This document shows, piece by piece, positions 13,901 through 27,900 of a DNA stretch of 64,000 nucleotides. Origin of the DNA: Lama glama (Eukaryota). A program made the position numbers and the translations under genes. The first letter of the stretch is position 1. Every line of letters begins with the position of its first letter. The notes under the pieces are model-generated. The model saw only the letters and a program-made list of their open reading frames with translations, had not been told where the DNA came from and ran no database searches. The stretch covers positions 70,062,001 through 70,126,000 of the forward strand of contig CM052817.1 in the NCBI GenBank assembly GCA_028534125.1, in the 5' to 3' direction.

Positions 13901-16900
13901 TGAATAGAGACCTCTGCCTTTTTTCAATGCAAGCGAGTGGCAGCCAAGTCTCTCCATCTAGGAGGAGGCAGCAGCCTTTGAAGAGATCAAAGCCAAGGCC
14001 GCAAGCAGTTGTGCGCCCTGGGAATATGGAAAGCCTTTATGCTCTCAACCCCATTTCCAGCATCATGTTGGATTGCAGCTGCATTACATTCTGCCAGCAT
14101 TCTTAATGCTTTTAGTATTGACTCTGACATCACCGATAGCTGTTTTAAAGTAACAAAAGCCGAAAGATGACTTATTTTCACAACTCTGTAATTGGAACAT
14201 GCAAAGATGGGGGTGGGGAATCAAGAATGAAGGGGAGGGAAGTACATTTGCTTTTAATTTAAAGCAGCACAAAAGAAAGCCCAGCCAAGAAGAAAAAATT
14301 ATATAAGTTTCCACAAATGAAAAACATGTTTTTCATATGGAAAAACCAGCAGGGGCATTTTTATAACTCAGACCACACAAAATGAACTGATGGCTAAATA
14401 CATGCTTTTTCAAGCCTAAAGGGTAAAATGAAATGATAGGGCAAGTGATTCCAATTGGGAGAGGGACTCTAACATGCACTGGGTCTGAAGACTTTGCAGA
14501 CACCTGATGCAAGGTGAACCTGTGCAGCAGCTCAAGAACTGCCCCCTCCCCACTCTCCTTTCCGATTAAGGAGAGCTGAAATTTGCATCTGCAGTAAATC
14601 ACAGCTCATTTGGGAAATTGTACTTAATTCCTTATTAACAAGAGAGAAGAAAAAAAAAAAAGACCCAGGAAAGTCAGGGGATGTTTACAATTCTGGCTCC
14701 AGATACACAGACACACATCAGTCTGCCATGATTATACCTTGATGTTTGAATCAAAACCTCAAGGCACCAAATAGCAGAAAAACTCTTAAGGATACAATAA
14801 CCAAAGTATATTAACACCAGTATTCTACTCTTTCTTAAAATGACAAAGAAGAGTGAAGAACTCCTCACTTTTTAAATTAAGGCATTTTGGTCACTATAAA
14901 TAAGTCACTGTGTAAATAATCCACTACGACATTTAAAATCAACACAAAAAACAAGCAGGTCAACCATAAATCACTATACTATGTCTCCAGGGTTACGCAC
15001 AGTGCTGTGCGGGTCCTGTAACCACCACTCCCTAGCTATCAGAAAACCCTCTCACATTCCGATTCTAATACTTCAGTTTCCATTTTTGAAAATATCTGTC
15101 CCAACTTATATTTGTAGCTCTGTAGAGAAACTCCAAATGTGAAAACAGACAAGACTTTAGGATGAAGAGAGTGGGAAAGTATAACTTTTTAAAAATTTAC
15201 AAAAGTGAATAATGCATCTCATTTATTAAAGCCCCCTTTCAAAAAGATTTAATATTGTGTATTTAGATATTAGTCAATGAACCATGAGTTTTTTACTCTT
15301 CCAAGTCTAAGAAGCTCTAAAACTTACTGACATCGAAGAATTGACTATGAAATAACTGCCTCCTTTCATCCTGTACAGAATCTCTTAGCTCTGAAACACC
15401 AAGTAATTGGTGAACAAAAGCTGCCTTTGTCTGTTTGATAGGATTTTGAATCAACAGGCCTGGTTGTAGGGTCCCCAACTGTAAATTTTCTCTGAAAAAT
15501 CTGTCTGAAACTGTGCTGAACTGGACAACTCTACCTCAGTTTACTGTTTTGACGCTTGTTTTATTTGGAGTTCATTTTTTGTCTGTTTTGTTTGGGGGAA
15601 AGGGGTGCAAATGCACTCCGTGAATTTCAGTCGGTGAAATGCAATAGCAAAATTCAGCAAGAATATCTAAGTAATAGCATTTCAAAGGCTAGATATTTTT
15701 CTCTTGGAAAAGTGCTGTCTTTCCTTAATTTTACCATTTTCAGAAATTACCAGAAATAAGTTCCAGTTATTTTTTCTATGTTGCATTTCTAATAAGCTTA
15801 TCATATTTTCCGTATCCCAAGGCCCCAATCTAATTTCAGATTATCAGGCAAAAACCATTTCTTTCATGATTCTATCATTAGCCTTCTCCAGGAAAGCCAG
15901 CAAAATAGCCACCGGAAGCATCCGCGGCCTCCCACTCGCACCTGAGGGCAGTCAGGACCAGCTGACTGGACCCAGGCCCCACTCACCACCAAGCGGCCCA
16001 CTTTTCCTAGACTCCTTCCAGCCAGTCCAGTATTCTTCAAGGCTCTCTTCCGAGAAATCTGAATTTAGAATTTTAGTCACCTGAACACGACGTGAGGTGA
16101 TATGAGCCCTTTGCTCAGCCACCCACCTTGAGTGTGACACCAAGCGGCTAAGCAGGGACACACTGAAAGCACACGGACCCTCAGGAGCCGTGGGCTCAAC
16201 ACCCCTGAGACTCCCCTCAGCAAAAATGGCCATCATTGAGAACTGAGGTGACAAGGCTGTGATAATACACGGGAGACTCGTTATACAGCAGAATCTACAT
16301 GCTGGCCTGTTTACTTTACCCTTCAGGAAAGACTATAATCTCTCGGAGGACCTGGAGGGTTTGCACACTGCTGACTGAAAGAACACATAAGCGCCTCAGA
16401 GGTGACAAGCTGGGGAGGCGAAGTGGGTGAGGAACGGGCACAGCCCACCGTCCAGATCCCTCCAGGGCAGGCACTGCGATCACTTCACACAAACAAACAT
16501 TTACTCTCCAGACCTTCAAATACTCAGAGTCCATGCTCTTCCTTGATAAACCATCCCCATGTTTATTAATCCCTCCCTCTGAAGTAATTCTTCCCACCTA
16601 AATTCTTTCAACAATTTAAGCCCATTTCCTTGGCATATTCCTTCAGTGAAGAACAAAACTTGTCACAAGCTCGTTTTGAAGAAACAGTCTTGTTCTTAGG
16701 ATTTTAAACTGCCCTCCTGCCTTCTCCAAGTCAAATGGCCAGCTCCGGATCGGGCGGGTCCTTCAGGGGACTAGCTGTGCCTTTGAGAGCCATGAGAGCA
16801 CGTCAAGATTTGGACGGTGCCCAACTTCCAATGTGCTTAGGAAAGACCGAGAACCGTTTCAGATAGCAGAGGGCTTTCTTTTCAAGCCGTTTCATCACTT

Positions 16901-17226
16901 GCACACACTGTACATTTTTGGTTTAAAATAGCCAACACCCCAGCGCAGACATCTAATCTAGGGGAAGGAAGGCAGCGGAATTCCCACACAGCTGCTGAAG
17001 GGCAGGGCCACAAGAAGGGCCAACAGGAGCTGCCACAAGGTCGGTGTGAAGCACAACCTCAAATGCTGGAACTGAGCTGGGCCACACCTGGGTCACACAC
17101 AGCCTCGGCCCACAGCCCAGCGGGCAGCAAAGCCAGGCGGTGCTGGGCCACCACCTACACAGCAAAGAACTTCCCTAACTGGCCAAAATGGAGTATTTCT
17201 GTGCTGCAGAATCAGCTGGTCTCATT

Positions 17227-17250
17227 AAAAAAAAAAAAAAAAAAAAAAAA
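17227..17250. repeat. Poly(A)24 tract
   Basis: Directly read. Confidence 0.9.
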
Positions 17251-18019
17251 CCTTCACAGGAAACACACAGCAGCCAGACTGCCACAAGTACCTTACTGGA
17301 ACAAACAGGGATTCAGCTTCTCTTTACTTTCCCTATCAACCCAGAGCAGTGGGTTACAACATAGTACACAAAGAGTACATAGCATAACCCCCCAGGGGTG
17401 CAGGAAGAAAACATTATAATGTCAACATTTATTTTTACATTTAAAACTTTAAGCTTAACAAAGTATTTTAATATACAGATTGTCATTGGGCAAATGCCCC
17501 ATTTTGCTCTGTGTATTGGATGGGCAAGAGTGCTGAGTGAATTAAAGTTAGTGCTAATAATGTGAGTACAGGTAAACTCAAGAAAACGGCAAAGCTGACA
17601 ATGACCCTATTTCTAATAACTCTGTGAGAGTCTGCGTTAGAGCTAAAATCTATGAGATGTGACATGAAGCTAACCAAAGTATTCAAGTATTCATTTTATA
17701 TAAGAGTTTGCAGCTTCCATGAATGCCCATGAACAGTGCCCTAAGGGTATACTCTTGAGTTATTAGATAAATATGTAATTCAAGTATATAGTTCATAAAT
17801 AATTACAGAATGGTCAATTTTTTAACTGGCAGCATTCTGTGGTCAAAAATATTCTCACTACTGACTTATATATCTGAAATATCAATTGACTTTAACTTTC
17901 CCTCCTCCCAAAATAGACTGAATCAACTTCTTTTCTCACTGTACTGATGTTCATACCTGTACCAGGGCGAGTATCTAACCTCTGGAAGGTGTGATTCAGC
18001 TATGAAGAGCCAGAGGAAA

Positions 18020-18390
18020 AAAGGAACGAAGTCGTGATATGTGCTACAACATGGATGAACCTCGGAAATACTATGCTCAAAGACGCAATTCATGAAGGAC
18101 CACCTGTCATGATTCCATTCTTATAAAGTGTCCCAAACAGGGAAATCTATTGAGACAAAAAATAGATTAGTGGTTACTCAGACCTAGGGTTGGGGGTGAG
18201 GGAGTCGGGGAGATGGGGTGGGGGTGACAGCTACTAGATACAGGCTTACTTTCTTAGGTGATGAGAATGTTCTAAAACTGACTGTCACGATAATCACAAA
18301 TCTGTGAATGCAGTAAAAGCCATTCAACCATACCCTTTAAATGGGTGAACTGTATGGCACATGAATTATATCCAGATAAAGCTATGTAAA
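18020..18390 (+). mobile_element. Old L1M 3'-end fragment
   Basis: acaacatggatgaacctc...gattccattcttata...agattagtggttac...ggtgatgagaatgttctaaaact...aaatgggtgaactgtatggcacatgaattata pattern. Confidence 0.7.
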
Positions 18391-21300
18391 AATTAGTAAT
18401 CACTGAATAAATATTTGCTGAACAAGTGGGTAAATTCCTCTCCCTCAATTTAAAAAAAAAAAAAAGCCAGAAGAGAAAAACTTCCTGGATGTAATCTCCC
18501 TGAGTAAAACTACTGTGTGACTTAGTCTTTGCCTACAGGGGTACCCTGTGACTTTAAAACAACACAATGTTTGCTTGTAAAAATGCAGCATCTGGATGGC
18601 AACTGTGGGTGACAAATTCCAGGAATACATTGGGGTGTGAGGAGAGGAGGAAAAGCAGAAATAGGCATAGCTTGGTTTTCTGAAGGCAGATCTTTAATGG
18701 TCAGCAGGTCAATTGCACAGAACCATTCAAATTAGATGCCCAGGTCTCACCTGTATGGTTAGTCTAAACTTTGTGCTCCCAGAAGTTACTAAAGCACAAT
18801 GAGATGCCCTTCCAGAGCCGGGCAAAAGTAGCATGGGGTCAGTTTTCTTCCTTCCTCATACCATCAGACCTTGCTTTGCCCCTAGAGCAGAAAAACTCCT
18901 TTACCAAAGCACTGAGGTCAATTTTGACACTCTCAGTACTGATAAAACAACTCGAGAGAAATGCAAATGTGCTTCCTTCTCTGATGCGGCTCAGAGGTCT
19001 GGCACCAAGAAGCCCAGGGGCTTTTAAATAAGGCAGGCACACCACCATGACTACGCCTCCCACAGTCCACACAACCACCACCTGTCACCACTTCTAGACA
19101 AGGAAACCGAGGCTCGAAGAAGTTGGGAACTCGTTCAAAGACACACAGCTAGTGAACAAACTGCCTAACTTCACGTCAGTATTTTTACCCCGACCATGAA
19201 ATTAGCAACAACAGAACTTTAAAAAAAAATAGCCTTTTAAAATTTGTCTTCCCTTAGGTAGCCTACTTTTCAAACTTCACAATGCACACACGTTATTGAA
19301 TTCACTCAAAAACTACTCAAAAAACAAATAAACATAACATAAAACCTCAGATGTCCCTGAATTATGAAGTGTTTTCTCAGCCATAGGCTAAACATCACAT
19401 TTCTCTTGCGACTACAAGGAGGTGTCTGTTCCTTCTATCTTGGGAGGAAACATTTCTTTTTGAAAAATTGAATCTTTGACTAATTTCCCCAAATAGATAT
19501 GTGAAAACCCCTCATGAAATCTAGTTAATACGATCTTACATCACTTAAATTTGGTCTTAGCTTAGAACTATTCAATAAATGGTATAGAAGACATGAAAGC
19601 AAACATCCTCAGGCTTGCAATTCACAGATGTGTCTTGACACCTATGCCTAGCAGATAGTGATTCCCTGCCATGGATTTTGACCAAATATTTCCTATACGT
19701 GGTAATTAAGTAACATCATTTTCAAAGATGCCATCTCCTGCTGTGTTTCCAACTATTGGGAAAATTTTCAAACTGTGAGTAAGGAACAGGAACAGAGGTA
19801 AGAGTAATTTTGCCATTGGATAGCTAGCCAGGGGCTGATCCTGGATTTGGGCTCAGGCATTCAAGATCCAGGGCATGTGTTCTTATATACGAATGGAAAC
19901 TTGTCTACCTTCCTGAGATTCCTTCCATTTGCCTAATTCTAATTGTGGTCAAGCCTGACAATGACTCTTTAAAATGTGGTTAGCATACACAGAATCAACG
20001 TCTTAACACAAGTTGAAGTTTCTGGTGGTGTACAATGAAACAGTCACATAGTATCAACAACTAAACAGAGACTCTAACTCCTAGCCTTCATGCTTACCAA
20101 CCATTGTTAACTTGGCAGTGATGTTTATAAACTTGCTCATTTAAAATGCCTTATGATGGATGTATTAACTTCACTTTTAAAATAAATAAAATAAAATGCT
20201 CTATAAATTGTTCTACGTTCTTTTCTTAAATAGTCTTAGGTTACTTACTATGCATAACATTTTAATTAAAAAAATCTTTATTGAAGCAACTTTCCTGGCC
20301 CTACCCAAATAGAATTATCTACACAAACATTTTGAAACAAGTAAACCAAATACTCCAAATGCTCCACACTGAACTAAAAGCAAATAAAGAAAAACACGTA
20401 AGAGCACTTATACAAACTGCAGCACTCAGGAACTGCATGGCTACCGGAAGACCTGCCCACTCCTGTCCTGTGCTAACTGATGTAGCTCCTGCTCACTTTG
20501 CATTCAGCTGTGGGTGTTTGCACAATCCTCTCTCCCTTACTAAACTGTAAGCTCCTTGAGGGTGGTGACCCTGTCTTCACTGCCATTCATCAACTATGCG
20601 GCTCAGCACAATGACTTTCAAAATAAGTACCTTCCATGAATATTTATGGGATGAACGGCAAATCATCCCTGAAACAAACATTTTTCGTTGTTTGTTCTAT
20701 CAAAAATTTGTTTAATCCTAAACTTAAGGTTTAATTCAGAGACTGCTGTAACAACAGGTGTCTTCTTCTGATAGTGAAATGAAATGCTTTTCCAGTTACA
20801 GTATCATCCTACATGAGTCAGAAGAGCTTGGTTAACATCTCTCCTGAAATAAAATGTAAGAATAAGCCAAGATAATGCTGGAAAGCATTTTCTTATTATC
20901 AAAATGGTTAATATGAATTATATACAAAAAGCTCTCATAAATAAAGAAAGATACAATCAAGCAATTCACATAAACATGTCAAATATAAATATATATACAT
21001 ATATATTTACCTATAACCTACTTCAATAGGAATCTAGGTCTATAATCTATTTAAATCTATATAACCTATAAAAATAACTATTAATATGTGTTTGTAACAG
21101 GGTTTCATTTTGGCATTGTTTAAAACAAGTAACAACAAAAAATCTATAATTGAGTATAAAATCAATAAACTGAAATATTCTTATAATAGGATGGTATTCA
21201 GCCACAACTGATGATACAGACCTTTACTTAATCACATGGAAAGATGAGCAACAACATACTTTTAATTTAAAAAATTGTAATAAAATATAACCTTATGAGC

Positions 21301-22039
21301 CCACTTATAAAAAATACTTGTATTAAAACCAGCAACAAAAAGACACTCCCTTTTGAGAGAAAGAAGAGAAGATTGTTCCTAATAATTTTCCTAACAAAAA
21401 AAGTTTCCTTATTTTTTTAAGGAAACCCACTGTTGCAACTTCTCAGGAATGATCACAATTCCAGTTAATCCTAAACTAATTTCTCTTACTTAATCTGACA
21501 TCATGATACCACAAAAATCACCACAAACAGCTCCTAAAAACAAAGCACATTTTAATTGCGTATTGTGCAAAGAACATCCTGCGGCAGCAGATTTTTGCCT
21601 CTAGATGCTCAGCTCTTACGGAATAAGGGCCAACTTCATTCACCAAAGAGATTCCAAGACTCCCAAAACCTTTGGCCACGTGGCTATTTGATTAATCTAT
21701 TTACTCCTCAAGACTTAAGGACACTAGGACCCCAGAAGGAGCAACATGAATTCCCATAAAAATAAGACATTTATCAAAATATGGCTGATATACCCAAGAA
21801 ACAAATATTTCCTGGGGATTTTCAAGAATATATTGAGCAATTACATGGTTATGTGCTGAGTGAACCAGAAGACAATTCTGAAGTATTCTTAGAACATGTT
21901 ATTTAAGCTGAACGATTTACATTCTTTAATAAAGCATAAGCATAACAGACACTTTTAATCCTCAAAGTAATTTATTGACATTGACTAAAGATTATTCTTA
22001 CTCTCATCACCCTTTAGAGGAAGGAACTACTTTATGAAA

Positions 22040-22240
22040 TGAGTCCCAGCTCCTAAATCAGGGATATCTGGCTTTGAATCCAAGTTCTACCACTTACTAA
22101 ACTTTGGGACTAGATAAATCATATAACCTCTCTGTGCCTCAATTTCTTGAACGGAAGGATGGGAAGACTAGTAGTATTCACTTCATAGTGGTACAGTGAG
22201 TCTCTAATAAGAAAAATGCATGTAAAGTGCATTCATTAAA
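22040..22240 (+). mobile_element. MIR SINE
   Basis: ttgaatccaagttctaccacttact...aacctctctgtgcctcaatttc...catgtaaagtgc. Confidence 0.65.
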
Positions 22241-22899
22241 TATTAAATATTACATGCTAGTGTATTAATACTATTCCTCTCCTCACCGATGGTAATATGC
22301 AATTCTATTTTTCATAATCACACAGAGGCTTCTAATCAAGGTCCAGGCAGCTTTCAGAGGTAAGTGAAGTGATTTTGTGAGGCATGGCTGACTTAAATAA
22401 ATTATGGACTGAAACGATGTCCATAATGTAAAATATCTGGTTTCAGATATTAGTTAATTTTGGTTAATTTTTTTGTTTTCTTAAGATAAAAGAGAAAACA
22501 TAGGGTGGTCCTTAAGCCAAACTCATAGATGTCTGTCCTAAAACTTGCTCCTCTTTCTAAATTCATTATTTCTACCAATACTTCCCCCTCATCATCAGGC
22601 TAGAGCTTTCACCATCTTTTCCACATGTTCCCCCCTCTTCTAACCCCCCCAACTGTATCTAACTTGTTGCCTTTGAATCCCATGTTCTCTGCTAACACCA
22701 TACCTATTGCTACTAAAATAATGTTAAAGACATTTATAAAATCATATACTATCTTATTTTATACTCACAAAAGCCCTATAGTTAAGAATCATTCATATCT
22801 TCCTGATGAAAAATTCACTGATTTAACAATCATTGAGCATCTTGTGTGTGCCAGTGATGGCAGGGAAAACAAGCTGCAGAAAGCACCCTGCAGTGGGTA

Positions 22900-23190
22900 T
22901 CAAGGCCTGGTCCAAGCATGGCACCACTACTTACCAGTGTGTGATCCAAGCAAATTACCTGCAGTATCTGACCAAGCACTTCTTGGTCTGGTTTTACAGT
23001 GGTCCTTAACGATTTCTACACTCCCTATGTCTCAGTTTCTCAACCCTCTTTATACCTCAGTCTCCTTATCTGTAAAACAGGGATATTGGGGATATCACTG
23101 GGTTATTGTGAGGATTACATGCATCAATGCATATAAAGTGCTTAGAATAAGTCCTGGCATGTACTAAGTACTCAAAATAATAGCTAATAT
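22900..23190 (+). mobile_element. MIR SINE
   Basis: cctcagtctccttatctgtaaaacaggg...gggttattgtgaggatta...aaagtgcttagaataagtcctggcatgtactaagtactcaa. Confidence 0.65.
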
Positions 23191-24822
23191 CTAGTCCATG
23201 GACTATAATTAATGCTTAGACAATTTCTAAGCTCAGTTTCAGGTTTGTGATTCTGCATTAATATATATATTTTTAGAGTCTCTATTTAAATATAGATTGA
23301 TATGCGGTGTTACTGCCCTACATTAGCGAAGTTTTAAAATTTCTGCTCTATTTATCCCACAAATATCTGTGGAATAACTTGCTCTATGCCAGGCAGTATA
23401 ACAGGTTCTGGGCAATAGAGATGAATAAGCTTCCTATCCTAAAGGAACTAACAGCTAGTGAGACAAACAGACGGAGAACCAACTATTATAAGACGTAGAA
23501 ACAGTTATGAAAAAGGTCCTGAGTGAACCCAAAGGCAAGAGCACTTAGTCTTAGCTGGTGGTGGAATCAGGAGGAGCTTCATGGAGGAAGTACAGTTTAG
23601 TCTGGATCTTTAAGGACGATTTTTAACAAGAACACCAGTAAGTTCAGATGTAGTTGGTCCCCCTTCCAGAAACACCACTACTAATGCAGAGTACTGTGTA
23701 TTTGTAAGCAGAAGAGATGGCAGTCTATGCTACAGGTGAAGAAACCAGGGTTCAGAGAGTAGGTAACTGGCTGTAGCTGGTCAGCAGCAGACACTGAGAT
23801 CTAGATCTTCTGGTCCCAACAGCAGGGCTCTGCTGCAACTTCCATCATAATCAGGCACGTATTGTACTATTACTGTCCTTGGCCCACAGTCTGATCACTC
23901 TGAGCAAGGATTATGACTAAGGAGGTAACCATGCTCTCCTTCTCCCCTCCTCCTTGGCTTGGCCAATAAAGTAGGAACTGCTCTCTTGGCAGTGGCTACA
24001 GTCGTTGTCTCTACCACCCCTTTCTTCACATTCCACAAGGAAGAGCGGCTCATCTCTGGTGATTTGGAGAAGGAACTGAGCAAGGGCAGACTGACCCTTT
24101 GTTCTCTCTTGGGGCCAGTTTGCCAGAACATGGGTTTGTTCTCATCTCCAGTTCTACAGGAGGTGAAGTTCCTTGCCCTTATTGGATGACTTAGTGGTGT
24201 GTTCCATTTGGGGAAGTCAAAAGAACTCCAAATTTGTGTCATGGTTCAAGTCACATTCTCCAATCCAGCCTTAATAATAATTAAGCTGCTTTGATTAAAA
24301 AAAATTAAGCTGATATTCTGCTCCCCATCTGTCTGACTTCTTATCCATCCTGGACTAATTTCTTTACTGGAGGAAGGCATCAAAATGATCAGCCTCAAAA
24401 CGCCAAACATAAGCAAATGTGAATATAATCAAGTAATATCTTTAAACACTGACCTTAAATAAAATTTGTTAAGGTTAAATTGCAATGTTGGATTAATCCC
24501 ACCTTAAAAAGGTGCACTGCCTTTGACTCTACAATTCCACTTCTAGCAATGTACTCCAAAGAAATAGTATTTGTACAGACTTAGAAAATATGCATTCTAT
24601 CACAATATTGCTCAAGATAGAGAAAAAAGGTGACACCATCTAAATGTCTCACCAAGAAAAGACTGATTAAATAAATTAGGCCATCAATAAGAATGATGTT
24701 ACAGAAGAGTAAAAAAGATTATCTACTGCATATTGCTGGGAAAAAGAAGTACAAAATGGTATATTATGTTCCCATTGCCAAGAATGTATGACATTTATTC
24801 ATGAATGCATGTGTGTATTTCT

Positions 24823-24977
24823 GGTTATTTTGTTTTGTTTTCAATTTTTTTCTTTTTGGGGTGGAGGTAATTAGGTTTATTTATTATTTATTTACTTTTT
24901 AGTGGAGGGACTGGGGATGAACCCAGGACCTTGTGCATGCTGAGCAGGCACTCTACCATTGAGCTGTAACCTCCACC
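24823..24977 (-). mobile_element. Vic-1-type camelid tRNA-derived SINE
   Basis: Minus strand: GGAGGTTACAGCTCAATGGTAGAGTGCCTGCTCAGCATGCACAAGGTCCTGGGTTCATCCCCAGT...AAATAAACCTAATTACCTCC (A/B boxes, characteristic tail). 17-bp TSD at 24806-24822 and 24978-24994. Confidence 0.85.
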
Positions 24978-27900
24978 TGTGTGCATGTATTTCTAAATGT
25001 GCACAGGAAGAGGTCTAAAAGGCTTTTAAGAGTGGTCATCTCTGACAGCAGGCTCCTGGGAACTGAGTATTATTCTTTTTGCTCATCTGAGTTTTCTGGT
25101 GAACATGTATTGCTTTTTAAATGAAAGTATTAGTTCTTTTTATTTTCATAAAAATAGTAAGGCATTATTGAAAAGAAACTGCCAAAAAAACTCTTCAAGA
25201 TAAAAACTGCTTTTGTGCTTTACATTTTAATCAACATTATGATCAATTTAATAAGTATTTTATGTTCTGAAAGGCAAATATGGTTATTTTAAATGAAAAT
25301 AAACAACTTTTTAGACCTTAGGAAGGGCAGTAACTCTACCACTTCTAAACTGAATCAGGTTACTGCTGTCCCCGAGGACGGGCCCCTTGTCTTCCACACA
25401 GGAGATTACAACACCTATTCACAGTTTCCACTCATGTAAATTGCCTAACACAGTATCTGGCACATGGTAGTAATTAGAAAAAGAAAGTTAATTGTTTTCC
25501 CTTTCAAAAATCTTTCTTGAATTTTCATTTTAAACTTTTAACATATATCAAAAAGAAAAAAAAAAAGCAAAAAGCAATTCAAGCAATGTCTGGGAGACTT
25601 GATTCTTTTCCTGCTGGTGATTTAACCGGTTAGCCTAGGTGTAGTAAACAATAAACATTTTTTACTTTGGTAGCTTTGTTTTTGTTTCAGACGTTAAAAA
25701 ATCTAACTGTTGAAGTCTAAGACAAAGGTTAACACAGTTAAGATCACAGTACCCTTCTTCCTTGACCCAAGTCATATGAACTAATGTGCCAAGATGATAT
25801 GTGTTCATAATTATTACAAGGGTTAGTATATGATATTTAAAATTGAAGAATTCTGTACCAAGAAAGCTAACTCCACACTGAAATATATTTAAGATTCACT
25901 GAGTTATTTTGAGAGAAAAAGGTCTTCAAAGGATGAAAGCTGGAATTTTCCAATGAGACTAGAAAAACACTGATTTCTCCTTGCTGCCTGGACAAAATAT
26001 CCCCTTGGACCTGATTTTTTTAGGTGCCAGGAAAGCTGGAAAGATTTGAGTCAGAAGAAAATTCGACGGAGGAAAAATGACTCGCCTGTTGTCCTCTACA
26101 CCCACAGGGCTCTTAAATCTCCTCTTGGTATAATGTTTGCAGTGAGAAGAAACCCAGATCCTAAAGAATGAAGGAAAAAAGAGTCCCCTAAATAAAAACT
26201 GATCCTTACCCCCATCCAAGGAGTTAAGAGTTACCTGGCAATTTCATATCAAATATTAGAAGGATATGAGATTTTTAACAAATATGAAATTTAGAAATCT
26301 GTTCCCTCACACACATCATTCTCTTAGTAGAGGATACGAGAGCTAAAGAGGAAAACCAGGTGGTCTCCTAACAACTGGGAGAGAAAAAAGTGCCCAAGAA
26401 AAGAAAGCTATCTCTATAAAGGACATAGTGACAATTCCCAAAACTTTTACTGATGCAAATATTTTCTGAAGATTAATGTAAGGCCTTCACACAGGGTCCA
26501 AATTCCAGGTTAGCATGGTGGCATGGTAAGACCCTAAAACTCCTCCCTTTCTCAGGAGCTTCCGGGGTACAGCCAAGCCCCTCCTGTGACAGAATTCCAA
26601 CCAGGTGGGGACCAGGACACTGGCTTGCTACATCTGAGACTCCTGCTCTGCTCCTTTAATCTAGAAAACTGAGTGCTTTCACAGGCTTTGTGCCATCTGA
26701 ATTTCACATCAATCATATTAGGTACGTAAGCCAGATATTAACATGCCTCATAGTAAATGAGAAAACAAAGGCTGATAGAGGTTTAATGCCTTCCCAAGGC
26801 TTTGGAGGAGAGTGATGGACGTGGGACTAGATTCCAGATCTTTGGACATCTTCCCCAGGACTTTCCTCCTCCACAGACTCAGCCTTCACAGGGCTCACAG
26901 GTGCCTACCTCCACCTAATAAAAACTCAAAAATTGCGCTCTCCACACTGCAGAAGGGTGTAATCAATTTACAATACACACTGGCCTAGAAAAGTCAGCAC
27001 GGATGCTACCGCGTGTACTTAGAAAGTATATGCAGAATTTTTTAATATCTTAAAATACCTCAACTGTTAAACTGAAAAAAGAAATATCCTTTCTATCTGG
27101 GAAAGAATAAAAATGAATTAAAAAGCATTAACCATATGATCCTGAAACATAATTGAAGACGGTTTTCTTTTTATTACTATTATATTTCCATCTCAAGCAC
27201 CCTTCTGAAAAAATCATTTCTATCATCCCCTTTTCTTCAATTAGGTTTCTAGGACCTAGGTAAGAGGTAAGTGCTTTTTATGACCAGTCCTCATATGAGG
27301 ACCCAGTCCCATTCCTTTTCACTCTAGCAGCAAGCTCTCCAGTTGACTATTTTCAGGTGTTACTTGGAAACAACATTCTGTAAGGACTGACTGATGTCCT
27401 CATTAAACACAATGGTCTAATGCTCATTGATCAACAAATTTGAGAAAAAGTGAAATAATAAAATACTAAGGATTATTTAGCAGACACTTTCAGATCTTGA
27501 TTTTCACACCGCATTTGGTTTAATAAACACAGATCATTTGGAAATATCCAGAAAACAAATATGAAAATTTTCTAGCACATTATTTATTCAGTAGATCTAC
27601 TGAAGCGTCTATTCTGTGCTAGGCTGACTCATAATATGTAACTATCTCATAATTCATCAGTAGTCCCTGATCAACTGACCAGAGGATCAACTATCATCCA
27701 CAGTTGATAGGCTTTATTGCAAAAATTTTCAGGATTCAAAAAAACAAAAGGACTTATAAAAATATCTTTGTCAGCTTTTAATAGTTTTGGTAACTGTTTC
27801 ATTCAGAAGCTGACAATAATAAAAGAAAATTAAAGCTACACTAGAGCCACTTTGCTTTTTATATTAGAGCCTTCCTGCCACCTACCCCTCATTCAACCTT

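Noticed and set aside
22625..23167. 180-aa ATG ORF on the plus strand within intron 3
   Set aside because: Runs through MIR and other degenerate repeat sequence; no recognisable protein, promoter or splice context. Probably chance, though long for AT-rich DNA.
23895..24242. 115-aa minus-strand ORF as a possible cryptic LEF1 exon or retrocopy
   Set aside because: No recognisable protein, no convincing splice sites, no poly(A) tail or TSD.
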